Below are positions 1 through 12,359 of a stretch of DNA of 64,000 nt, in pieces. The position numbers and the translations under genes are program-made. Position 1 is the first letter of the stretch, and each line of letters begins with the position of its first letter. The notes beneath the pieces are model-generated. The model searched no databases. It saw only the letters and a list, made by a program, of their open reading frames with translations, and had not been told where the DNA came from. Origin of the DNA: Azolla caroliniana (Eukaryota > Plantae > Polypodiophyta); NCBI GenBank assembly GCA_043228905.1, contig JBHGNT010000002.1:11036001-11100000 (forward strand), given 5' to 3'.

Positions 1-3000
1 TCAGTCGCACCATGAACTGACTAATCACCCCGACCGGGTAGCTGAGATCTGATCGTGTGATGGTCAAGTATATAAGGCTTCCGACTATCTGTCAGAACCT
101 CGTCGGGTTGCATACCTTTCCAAAATTGGGGTGAAACTTGACGGTTCTATCCAGAGGAGTCGAGACGGACTTACAGTCAGCCATCCTGAATTTGAAGAGC
201 ATATTCAGCGCGTAATGACGTTGGCTGATCAAGATGCCTTCAGGGGTACGGATCACTTCGATCCAGAGGAAGTAGTGAAGGTCCCCCAGATCCTTCATGT
301 CGAATGATGCCGCGAGCTAGAGCTTCACGTGGTCTATCTCACCTAGGTGGGCGTCGGTGATGACCAAGTCATCAACATAAAGTAAAATACTAACCGGCCC
401 AAGTCGACCTTTCCAGATGAACAGTGAGGAGTCCGATTTTGACGTCACAAAGCCCATCCAACGCAATCGTTGCGTGATCTTTGCATTCCAGGCACGCGGG
501 GCTTGCTTTAGTCCATAAAGGGACTTCTTCAATCGGCACACCGCCGAAATGTTTGTTCTGAAGTGAAATCTGGGGGGCTATACCATGTACACCTGTTCCT
601 CAAGCTCACCTTGCAAGAACGCATTCCTTACATCCATCTGATGCAAATGCCACCCCTTTGCCGCAGCGACCGCGAGCAAAACACGGACGGTCGTCATCTT
701 CGCGACCGGCGCAAACGTCTCATCGTAGTTGATGCCGTGTTTCCGCGCGTAGCCTTTTGCTACTAACTGGGCCTTGTAGCGTTTGACCAAGCTGTCAGTG
801 TTGTACTTGACCTTGTACACCCACCTACATCTGATTGGCTTCACACCTTTCGGTGCGTCAATCAGGTCCCAGGTTTCATTCTCCGCCAATTTGCGCATCT
901 CTTCCTCCATTGCGGCATGCCAATTCGCGTCCTTCATCGCCTCTGTGTAGCTCTCTGGCTCACGCACTTCTGCTACACACATCATGTATGCATAGTGATG
1001 CACCATGTACTCGTTGTAACCAAACCGCACAACAGGGTTCTTCTGGCGGGTTGATCGGCGTAATTGCTCATTAGCCGATGTTGAGGCTTTCATGGCCGAC
1101 GCGGACTTCGTTCTCAAGGACCCGTCGTCACTTCCCTCGGAGTCGGACTCGCGTCGATCCAACTCGTTCCTATCCGTGTCGTAATCCGATACCTTCTTCT
1201 TCCCTTTTTCTTTGCGCTTAAGCCGTCTCCTCAGCTTTCTACGCAGGGAATGCCCGGCCGAGTCTCCACTACTCATCGGCTCTTCATAAGACTGGTCGAA
1301 TCGACTCAGTCGTCCATTCGGTCCACTTAACCGAAACGAAATCAGACTCTCTTCGCGGGTCCCGATTTCAGGCTCATCCGGAGGCATCTCGCCTCGCTGA
1401 CCTCATCGTTAGAACTCGGATTAGAGGTGAGGTCAAAAGTCAGAGGCAAGTACCAGGACGCGGACTCATCAAACACAACATCACGGCTCACACGCGCTTG
1501 TTTGGTGCGAGGGTTATAACACTTATAACCCTTTTGCTCATCCGAGTAGCCGACCAAGATACACTTCTCAGCTTTTGCGTCCAACTTCCTCCGTTTCTCC
1601 TTCGGCACATGCACATACGCAATGCTACCGAAAACTCTCAAGTGTCGCAGATTCGGCTTTTGTCCGAAATAAAGCTCATGCATCGACACTTTTTCTCCGA
1701 TCCGATTCTGAATGTACACCGCGGTTCGTACCGCCTCGGCCCAATAGAACTTGGGCAAGCTCTTTTCCTCCAGCATTGCCCGTGCCGCTTCCACAACTGA
1801 CCGGTTCTTCCTCTCGGCCACGCCGTTTTGCTCCGGCATGTATCTACAACTGAATTCTCGCCGAATTCCCATCTGTTGTAGATAGTCGTTGAATTGACCG
1901 GAAAAGTACTCTTTTCCACCATCCGACCGCAAGCACTTGATCTTCCATCCTATTTCCGTTTCCACGAACCCTCTGAGGTCCCGGAAACAGTCGAAGACTT
2001 CACTCTTCTTCTCGATGAGATAGATCCACGTGTGTCGCGTATAGTCGTTGATGAAGGAGATAAAATATTGACTCCCGCCAAGACTAACGTTCTGTGCCGG
2101 CCCCCATACATCGGAATGTATCAAGTCGAGCTTGTTTCGGCTCCAGTTATGCTCGTTAGGGAAAGGAAGTCGGTGTTGCTTCTTGAGTTGGCAGGCTTCA
2201 CAAATTTGTGCCCTCCGACCACTAAATTTGGGCAATCCGAACAACACCTGTTTTGATTGTAGGTCCTGAAGCCGTTGATAGTTGACGTGGCCTATCCGCT
2301 TGTGCCATAAGTCGATATCCGACTAGATTTTTTGTCCTTTCGGGAACATTGCGGTGCCACCGTCACTAGAGTCGAGGATAAACATCCTCCCATCTCTACG
2401 CCCTTGCACAATAACTTGGCCTTCTTCCTCGATGAAGCACCCGAGATGCGTGAACCGGACTTGCATCCCCTGGTGGACGATCTGCCCGACCGACACCAGA
2501 TTCTTCATGATTGTGGGGACGTGTAGTGTAGGGAATGAACAAAGCCGTCAGTGCGGAAGAGATCACACAGTATGAATCTGTGAGGAAGAAATACCTGCGT
2601 ATGAGAGAGGCAAGAACAAAATACGTACAGGGAGAGAGAGAGAGAGAGAGAGGCACAAAGCATATATCTATATTCATAAAAGGGCAACAGTTACAACAAT
2701 GAACAACCAATCTTTACAAAAGGTTACAAAGTCACTTTATATAGTGACTCACATAGGGCAACTGCCCTTTATGTTATTTACAGAAATAGCCCGAACTTGG
2801 GCTCTCTAAGAGAATAGTGTGAATACGTCCATTATACATTTGTATTCGACACTCCCCCGTAATGGGCGTATACATGGGTTATCTAAAAATACATGTATAG
2901 GCATAGGTTCTCAGACAGGTCGGTTTTGTTCGAATCGGCCTGATCCGTAGACAGAAGACCGAACTGGTCAGGTCGGAAAAGCTGAAGCCAATCGTCAGTG

Positions 3001-3074
3001 AACCGATGTCCGTTGTCCGAAACCATCCTGCACTATGTCCGGCTTCAACCGGACCGATATGTTGTTACGCCCAT

Positions 3075-5273
3075 CTATTGCCGAAGAGACCGGAACCAGT
3101 CTGCCGAAAGACACTTGGTCATTCCATCTGCGACATTGTTGGTTGTGGATATCTTCTCTAAACCGATTTTCCCGGAAATGACGCGGTCCCGAACGAAGTG
3201 ATATCGAACTTTGATATGCTTGGAGGCGTTGTGATGAACCGGATTTTTCGACAAAGCAACAGCACTCTGACTGTCGCTATAGACAACTGGAGCCGAGTCG
3301 GAGTCGACTTGCCGAAACGTGTGCGCCAACCGACCGAGCCATAAAGCTTCTTTCGTTGCGCCGGAGGCAGCTACATATTCTGCTTTGGTCGTTGAGGTGG
3401 TTGTGCACTCCTGAAGTTTCGACTTCCACGAGATTTCTCCATTGCCGAATTTAAAGCAATATCCGGTTGTTGACTTGCGACTGTCCACACAGTCGGCGAA
3501 GTCCGAGTCGGTGTAACCGGCTACAACTGAAGTTGAGTTCGGACCAAAAAGGATACCATGGTCTTTTGTCCCAACTAAATATCTGAACACATGCTTGACT
3601 GCATTCCAGTGCGATCGGCCGAGATTGTGCATAAATCTGCTGATGACTCCTACGGCGTGAGAAATATCAGGCCGTGTCGCGACCATCGCGTACATCAGAG
3701 AGCCTACTGCCGGTGCATATGGTACCGACTTCATGTCTTCCCCCTCCGGACCGGATGTCGGGCAGTCTCGCTGAGAAAGTCGAAGATGAACGGGGAGTGG
3801 GGTCAAAGCAGACTTGGCCGATTGCATGTTGAAGCGTTCCAAGACACGTCCGATGTAGTCGGTTTGAGACAGAAAAAGCTGTCTTTTGGCACGATTCCAA
3901 CTAATCTTCATTCCGAGTATGTGTCTTGCCAGGTCGAGTTCCTTCATGGCAAACTTCAATCGCAGTTTCCGAACGAGTTCAGTGAGCTCTCCGGTATGCC
4001 GACCGGAGAGTAGCATGTCGTCCACGTAGATGATGAGGAAGACGGGAGAACCGTCTTGAGCTGTTTTGGAGAAGAGGCAGTGGTCCTCATCGCTCTTCGA
4101 GAAGCCGACCGACTGGATGAAATCGTCGAACTTCTTGTACCACTGTCACGGTGCCTGTTTCAGGCCGTAAAGACTCTTCCTGAGTCGGCAGACTCGATGT
4201 TCTTGACCGGTGGCCACAAAGCCTTTCGGCGGCTCCATGTAGATTTCCTCCTTTAGATCACCATGGAGGAATGCCGTTTTCACATCTAGCTGAATCAGCT
4301 CCAAATTGTCGGCAGCCACAACACCGAGCATGAAACGAAGGGTTGTCATTTTCACCACTGGTGAAAAGATTTCGTCGAAGTCGACGCCATATTCCTGTCG
4401 AAATCCCTTCGCAAGTAATCTGGCCTTGTACTTTGGGGTGGTCGAGTCGAACGTCTCCTTTAGTCTATAGACCCACTTGCAAGGAAGAGCACGTCGATTC
4501 TTCGGTAAGTCGACCAGATCCCAAGTCTTGTTGGCGCGGATGGAGTGCATTTCCAACTCCATTGCCAGATGCCAGGTGGCTGAATCGGCAGCTGCCGATG
4601 CTTTTTCGTAGGACGTCGGTTCGCCGGCATCGGTGAAGAAAATTCCGGGAGAGTACCTCTCCGGAGGTTGTGACAGTCTCTCGGATCTTCGAGGTATGAC
4701 TGGACTGGTTGCACCGGGTGTCGATGTCGAATGGTCGAAAGCCGAGTCATTTGGCTGTGCCGAATCTGTGGATTCGGTGCGAGAGAAGTCGGCTACCCGT
4801 GAAACCGGTCTCGTGTTGTGTGTTGGGCCATCATGAAGGGTTGGCACTTCGGAAAATATTACCCTTCGGACTTCAATAGCCCTTTCGGCCGTTTTGTGCA
4901 TAGTCAACTCGTTGAACACGACGTCCGAACTTTGGACAATTTGCCTATGCTCGGGGTCCCAGAGTCGGTATCCGATCTCTCCGTCGGGTCCATACCCAAG
5001 GAAAATGCATTTCCTTGATCTCAGTTCGAGTTTTCGGCGGTCGTCTTTCGGTATGAGGGCGTATGCCTCGCAACCGAAAATCTTCAGCTTATCATAATTC
5101 GGCTTTCTGCTGGTCCATATTTCCTGAGGTATCTTAAGTCCTAGAGGTCTACTTGGCGACATATTGATTATGTGTACTGCCGTGAGTAGAGCCTCTGCCC
5201 AGAAGCCATCCGACAGTCCGGAGTGTTGGAGCATGGATACAACGCGTTCTTGAATCGTCCGATTCATGCGTTC
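3075..5273 (-). pseudogene. Copia B integrase C-terminal half, RT and RNase H, disrupted
   Basis: ERMNRT, KYKARLLAKG, QLDVKTAFLHG, LYGLKQAP, YTDSD and KHIKVRYHFVR motifs. Confidence 0.92.
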
Positions 5274-5858
5274 GGTTCCCTCTTGCTTGCTAGAGGACCA
5301 AAGCTACACTCATTGTACCCTTTGTATGTCACACTCAGAGAGGGTGACTTATTTTTGGTAGATATCCCTGTGTCATCCTTATGCCATGGACGACTTGGAC
5401 ACCTCAGCAAGGCCGGCATCACGCACCTATCCAGAGCCGGATACATCCCGAAACTCTCCTTCTCGGACCATCAGTTTTGCGAGCATTGCCAGTACGGCAA
5501 ACAGGTAGCCGCATCACACCAGACATCAGCACCAAGAGAGTTGAGCCCGCTCGATTTGGTCCACTCGGACGTCTGTGGCCCGATGCCACATCAGTCACTC
5601 AATGGTGCCTCGTACTTCGTCAGTTTGGAGTGTCCACCCTCCTGATGAGAAACCAGCACAGATGCCAGCTTCATCAAGTTGTCCGACTGAGATCAGGGAT
5701 CGTGAGAGCTCAGGAACGTGTCGGACGTTGTGTAGTACGAGTGTAGAGCCACCCGGAAGGTTGAGCTCTACGGTGCTGATTCCGATGATAGCACAGTGCT
5801 GCGAATTTCCGACTCGAACTGAGTCAGAGTGCCGGTCCGAATATTGCCGAAACTGTGA

Positions 5859-6827
5859 TCAGTGAGGTGTCACGTGATACGACGCGCCCGAGTCCAGAAG
5901 CCATGTACTTGATTCCTCAGTCGTAAGCAGAACTTCTGATTCGACTGGATTCTCTATGGACAATATGTTCGGGTCGGTCATCAATATCTCGGCTGAAGAG
6001 CCGACGTAGTTGACTTCCTCATGCCGGTTACTCCTCTGATCAGCTCTCTGAGCTTTGTCTGTCTTTGACTTGAGTACCCGAGAGTCGGCCTTGATGTGTC
6101 CCGGTTTCTTGCTGTAGTTGCAGATTCGGGTTTCCCGGGACTTGTTGCGGCTTCGCTGATTTGTCGACGGTCGGGAAGAACTTCTTCCCCGGTTGTTCGA
6201 TTGGTCGGTCGAACCTTGTACTACATAGGCTTCTTTTGCCAAGTCTTTGGTGAAAGACTTTCTCCGAGCTGCTTTAGTCAGGATTGCACTTGTGACTTCG
6301 GAGTACTTGATGGCAGTCGTAGAAACGTTGCACACAGTTGTAACGAAGGTTTCCCAAGAGGAGGGGAGATTGCTCATGAGTATCATTGCTCTGAGTTCAT
6401 CCTCGATTGTCGTCCCCTGTGACGAGATTTGGGAGCTCAAACTTTCGTACTCGTTAAGGTGTGCCTGAACCGAATCGGAGTCTTTCATCCGCAAGTTGTA
6501 GAGGTGCCGGATCAAATACATCTTCGTTGAGGTGACCTTCTTTTCGTAGGTTTCCGCCGGCTTCTTCCAAAGTTCGAAGGCTGTCGTGCACGATTGCACT
6601 GTGAAGTACACTGACTCCGACAGGTGCATCCGAATCGTGGCGCAGACGATTCTGTCCAGCTTCTGCCACTCATTTGCATTGTATATTTCTGGAGCAGTTT
6701 CATTCTCAATCGGATCGATCTGACCCTTGACTATAAGATAGTCCTGCATTTGCTCCTTCCAAAAATTGAAGTTCGAACCGTCGAACCTCCTTAGACTCAT
6801 TTTCGATGAGCCGGATGTTGATGCCAT
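5859..6827 (-). CDS. Copia B gag plus protease start, ending in a premature stop
   Basis: RFDGSNFNFWK gag start, degenerate zinc knuckle, WLLDSGASYH protease motif. Confidence 0.88.
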   Translation of the reverse strand: MASTSGSSKMSLRRFDGSNFNFWKEQMQDYLIVKGQIDPIENETAPEIYNANEWQKLDRIVCATIRMHLSESVYFTVQSCTTAFELWKKPAETYEKKVTSTKMYLIRHLYNLRMKDSDSVQAHLNEYESLSSQISSQGTTIEDELRAMILMSNLPSSWETFVTTVCNVSTTAIKYSEVTSAILTKAARRKSFTKDLAKEAYVVQGSTDQSNNRGRSSSRPSTNQRSRNKSRETRICNYSKKPGHIKADSRVLKSKTDKAQRADQRSNRHEEVNYVGSSAEILMTDPNILSIENPVESEVLLTTEESSTWLLDSGASYHVTPH

Positions 6828-8950
6828 CAGATTCGGTTTCAGTTGACAAAGCTCGGTTCATAGTTGACTACGAACCTTGTTGGAGTGCAGCCGGTCGGCT
6901 CACCCGATATCGTTCTAGTCAGATTTGAACCCGAGTCAGTTCGGCTTCGGATATATGTATTGTTGAACTTGCTCGAATTGACTCCGATAACTTGAGGGAC
7001 AGAACCAACTGGTCTTCCCGAATGTTTCCGGGTTGTTGTCTTGAGACCGATCTGCACCGAGTGGTTACAACGGGCGACGAGCAGCGTTCGATGACCTGTT
7101 CGAATGCCGTTTAACCGAGTGGAGCACAATCGTGTCAATGTTGCACAAGGGGATTTCACCTCGAGCGGTTACGATCACAAGGAACAGAGTACAGCCGGCT
7201 GGCTTACTCCAAGTGAATATGATCTAACACGATGAGATGCAAGCCTCGTTTTTCTTCTTCTTCTCTCTTCTCTGTTTCTTCAAATACAAAGCAAAAAAAA
7301 CAGAATGTTGTGATCCAAAGATTCGAATGGCAGTCGGTAGCGGGATGAAGGACATCCAAGCTCTGATACCAAATGTAGGGAATGAACAAAGCCGTCAGTG
7401 CGGAAGAGATCACATAGTACGAATCTGTGAGGAAGAAATACCTACGTATGAGAGAGGCAAAAACAAAATACGTACAGGGAGAGAGAGAGAGAGAGAGGCA
7501 CAAAGCATATATCTATATTCATAAAAGGGCAAAAGTTACAACAATGAACAACCAACCTTTACAAAAGGTTACAAAGTCAATTTATATAGTGACTCACATA
7601 GGGCAACTGCCCTTTATGTTATTTACAGAAATAGCCCGAACTTGGGCTCTCTAAGAGAATAGTGTGAATACGTCCATTATACATTTGTATTCGACATGTA
7701 GCACTTTCATGAGTTTCCCTTTCTACCCGACATGGCTCAGGGGAACCTCACCGACATTCGTGATCGGATGCGGAGTGTCGTCTCCAGTTGTGACTACTCC
7801 CGGTTGTGTCGGTTTCTCAAGGTATGAAAACCACTCCTTGTGGCATGTCATGTTGTTTGACGCACCGGAGTCGACGTACCACACCTCGTCCGATTTCAGG
7901 GTGGACATCTTCATCGAGTTCGCTTTGTGTCTCGTCGAGAACACTGACCCTTTTCCGAATCCTTCGGCGTAGTGCGATCGCTGCCGACTTCCTTTGTCGA
8001 TCTATCTGGAACCTGATCTGGACCCGGTTCTCTCCGAATCGGCACGCTTTCTCCAGCACTCGCTCTCCCTGTGGCCTTTCTTGCCATAGTATCAACATTC
8101 TGTGGCGGATTTCCCTTGCCGGTTCTCATCGCCTCGACTCCCCCTGTTTTCGATGGGTCCGGAATTGCTATCGGCATCACTTCGGTGCCTTCTTCCTTGA
8201 TCCTGTCGGCCGCCTCCATTGCGCACCGACTCGCCTCGTCCGCCACGACCACGGGGCCTATCTCCCTCCGTGTACAACATCTTGTCGTCGGCATGCGTGC
8301 TCGTCGACGCACCCGCGTGGTTCTCCTCTATAAGGAGCATCGACTGTAAGTTGAAAAACGACGGCGTATTCTCCCGTGTACACACAGCAATTCGGAATGC
8401 TCCGAACTTCGACGCCAGTCCCCCGAGATAGATTTGCACCATCTCGCCTTCCTCAACGTTCACATCGATGGAGTCTAAGGAGTCACATATATCTTTGATC
8501 TTCGAGGTGTAATCAGCCACTGACAAGTTGCGTTGTCGTAAATTGCTCAGCTCCTGTCGGAGTTGAAGCTTCCTGGTTGTGGTGCTTGCGGCGAAGATCT
8601 TCTTCAGATTTCCCCAAGCATCCTTTGGCGTTTTCGCATCCCGAATATAGATTAGGAGTTGTTCGCCCACACAAGACGCAAAGCAATACAGTACTCTGCT
8701 CGCCGACTGTTCCCATGCCGGGAAATCTCTGTGTGTCGATTCGGGTGCTATGTCATTTGCTCCGTCAACATAGCTCCAATAACCATGCTCGAGCAGGTAT
8801 TGGTGCATCTTGTAGGACCAAGAAGCATAGTTATTTCTGCCAAGCTTCTCGGTAGGAAGAAAGCTAGCCATGCCTTTATCCATCGGTTTTACTTGTTCTT
8901 CTTAGTTAGTTTCCTTTCAAGCTATGTCGGCTGCAGAGTTTCTAAACCCT

Positions 8951-8965
8951 CGCGCTCTGATACCA
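8951..8965 (-). promoter_or_regulatory. Primer-binding site of copia A (initiator tRNA-Met type)
   Basis: Minus strand reads TGGTATCAGAGCGCG immediately after the LTR terminal CA. Confidence 0.9.
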
Positions 8966-9675
8966 TGTGAAGAATAGCGTGCGGAAGAAATAGGAAATCG
9001 AATGCAGAGAATACGCAGGTTTAATGGAGAGCTTGTATATGCACAGTACGCGGGAGTGACAGAGAGAGAGAGCACACCAAAAAAAAACTTGATTCAAAAT
9101 AATACTCAATCTGTACATAGGATGTGCTCAGTGAGCACTTTTATACAAGTCCATACAGACTAACAGAAGTACTGACATGTACTTCAATGCTCATAACTGT
9201 CATGAACACATGACCATTATGGCATCACCCAGACTAGAACCTCGAACCTTGTAATCCATACTTGAAAACCTCAACCATTAAGATAACTTATTGTTATATG
9301 AAACAATAAAAGCTACTTCTTGTATTACATTGATTATTGTAAAAACTCTACATTATTCTAGAGTGTTCTAGAATGTCCTAGAGCATTCTAGGTCTAGAAC
9401 ATTCTAGAACATTCTAGAAATCTCTAAGCTATTCTATAGGAACCTATAAATAAGGGCATACATGTATTCTCAAATCAATTCGAATCAACACCAGTCTTTA
9501 GCTCTCATTACATATCTTGTATCCATTCTCTTTCTTTCTCTATCTTATACATCCATTATTCTCTTAATACATCCATTCTTCTCTTAGTATTTGGTTCCTT
9601 TCTTCTCGTGTTCTCTAATATCCTTCTTCCATCACTCTATCTTTTATCCTTGGTTCTGACAGTTTGATTCGAATT

Positions 9676-9725
<50 letters not shown>

Positions 9726-9750
9726 CCTCCTTTGTAACCATCCTGAAACC

Positions 9751-10911
9751 ATGGCTGCCATTAACTCAAAAGAATATCTCACCCTTGTGGTAGAAATGGA
9801 GAACCTTAAATCCAAGTTCGCATCTCTTGAAGTAGAGAATCAACGTCTACTTGGGGATCTACAAAAGGTTACTATAGAGAAGCAACAACAACAAGAGGAG
9901 TTCACACGACGAGTGCAACAGTTAGAGTCGAGAATCGTAGTGTTACAACAACAAAGGGTTGAAGGTTAGGGACTTATCAAGGAGCCCAAAATTAGCCTCC
10001 CAGCTAAATTTGATGGGTCGAGGGCGCATTTTCGAGGTTTTTTGAATCAAGTACGATTGGTGATTCAAATGCATCCCGCGTGTTATCCAACAGATGCATC
10101 ACGAGTCGGGCTAGTGGGCACCTAATTGACTGGCATAGCGTTGTCGTGGTTTGCTCCATTGCTAGAGACCAATTCTCCTCTACTGAATAATTTCAAGGAA
10201 TTTATCAAGGAATTTAAGGCTTCTTTCGGAGATACTGATGGGGCGAGAACAGTTATCAACAAGATTCGTACACTTCGTCAAGGTGATCAACCAGCTTCGA
10301 CATATGCTGCCAATTTCTGTCTCATCGCAAGCGATATTCCTTGGGATGAACAAGCCCTAATGGAGCAATTCCGTTCAGGCCTTCGTAGTGATGTCAAAGA
10401 CTTACTTCTTACCTTCCCCGAGGATCCAAGGTCACTTACAGAAGCTATTAGTCGAGCAATATGGTGTGATAATCGCCTTTTTGAGCGTCAATGTGAGCGA
10501 CAACAACAAATAACAAGATCGAGATTCACACCAACGTATGCATCAGTAACGGCGCAATCATCCCCAAGGCAAATGTATAGCCCTACTCCAACTCCAAGGC
10601 AAACACGTAGTCCAGTCCCAATGGATAGTCCTGCACCCATGGAGATCGATATGACTCAACGACGAGGACCGTTGTCAAATGAAGAGAAGCAACGTCGTCG
10701 AGCAAACCATCTGTGCTTATATTGCGGAGGTCCAGGACATATAGCCATTCATTGCTCCCGTAGGCCGAGACGTCAGGTAAATCAAATTCACTATGACAAT
10801 AAAAATGAGTCCAACATTTTAGAAGCAGTTAGTGAATCTAATATTATGAATAATCCACCCTTGTCCAATAAATTTGAAGTCCTAAGCCAATTAGAAGAGT
10901 CAAACGAATAA
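9751..10911 (+). pseudogene. Chromovirus C gag with two in-frame stops
   Basis: Coiled-coil N-terminus, retrotransposon gag core, APMEID, and CLYCGGPGHIAIHC zinc knuckle, all in one frame. Confidence 0.9.
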
Positions 10912-12359
10912 GTCCGGCCAAAATAGGAGCCATTTGGTTGGACAACCCTAGATATGTACAACCTAGTGTGGGTTCCATTTCTTCCAAGCATGTTAGTAGA
11001 GTCTTCTCAGCCCTAGTACAAGTTAGGACACCCAGTTGTCAACTTCAAGTCCAAGCCCTCTTAGATACTGGAGCCAATTCTTGTTTCATTGATAGAGATT
11101 TTGCCCAAAAACACCAAATATCCTTGCATACACTTCCTGCAGTATTCCAACATATGGCAAATGACATCTTCCAGGATTTCTTGGATATTTTTCTAATCAT
11201 CTACTTAGATGATCGATTGATTTACTCTAAAACACAGGGGGAGCATGATATACATGTGCAGCAAGTACTTGAACGCCTAAGGAAGTATGGTCTTTATGCC
11301 AAACTTGAGAAATGTAGTTTTGATTGCAAACAAGTCGAATTTTTGGGATACACTATTTCATCCCATGGTGTTTTCATGGACCCGGCAAAAGTCCAAACAA
11401 TATTGGAATGGAAACCCCCATGCTCAGTTCGGGATGTCCAATGTTTCCTCGGATTTGTGAACTTCTATCGCAAATTCATACATAATTATTCAAGCATTGT
11501 GTTGCCCCTTACTCAACTCACCAAGAAAACTCAAGCATTTTTTTGGAGTATCGAAGCAGACAAGGCTTTTGCGCAGCTAAAAGAGGCATTCACATCAGCA
11601 CCCATCCTAGTACATATTGATCCTGAAAAGCCATTTACTATTGAGGCGGATGCATCAGACTTTGCATTGGGGAGTATCCTATCGCAACCAGGCAAGGACG
11701 GGCAGACACATCCAGTCACGTTTCACTCGAGAAAATTTACTGTTTCAGAGATAAACTATGAGGTGCATGACGAGTTACTAACTATGGTCGACTCATTTGA
11801 GCAATGGCATCATTTTCTAGAAGGATCACCTCATCAGATTATCATTTATAGTGATCACAAAAATCTCACATATTTTCAAACAACTCGAGTATTAAATAGA
11901 CGACAAGCTCGGTGGGCCCAATTTCTAACGCGTTTCGATTTCAAGATCATTTTTCGCCCCGGTAAACAACAAGGGAAAGTAGATGCTCTGTCTCGGCGTT
12001 CGTATCTAGCACTTTGACAATCAAAAGCCTTTGACAATCAAAAGCAAACTCTCCTCGGGCCATCAAAGCTACAGGTAACAACAATTTATGCCACGCCACT
12101 TGATTCTACCCTTCTTGACACTATTCGGCAACAACTTCATTCGGATGATTTTGCTAAGGATGTCTTAGCCCACTGTGGTTCAAGTCATCCATCTTGGTCC
12201 ACATTGCCAGGGTCATCTCAACATTACCAGGACTTCAAGTAGCAAGATGGCTTACTCTTCTACAAGAATCTCCTTTACGTCCCCGACGGATCACCCCGAC
12301 TTCAAGTGTTGGAGCATTGTCATGATGCCCCCATGGCTGGACATTTTGGTATTTCCAAG

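Larger units (their letters stand above)
2527..7696 (-). mobile_element. Ty1/copia element B nested in A
   Basis: LTRs 2527-2851 and 7374-7696 (TGTAG..CGACA, about 7 substitutions). TSD TGTAG at 2522-2526 and 7697-7701. PBS TGGTATCAGAGC ends at 7371, PPT follows 2851. Confidence 0.97.
1..8883 (-). pseudogene. Fragmented gag-pol polyprotein of copia A
   Basis: ORF pieces 8092-8883, 7723-7944, 2323-2508, 1342-2247, 578-1387, 317-541 and 92-298, broken by stops, frameshifts and the B insertion. Collinear with the polyprotein of element D. Confidence 0.92.

Noticed and set aside
9355-9425. TCTAGA-rich palindromic repeats
   Set aside because: Ordinary U3 tandem motif of the C LTR; copy number varies between LTR copies.
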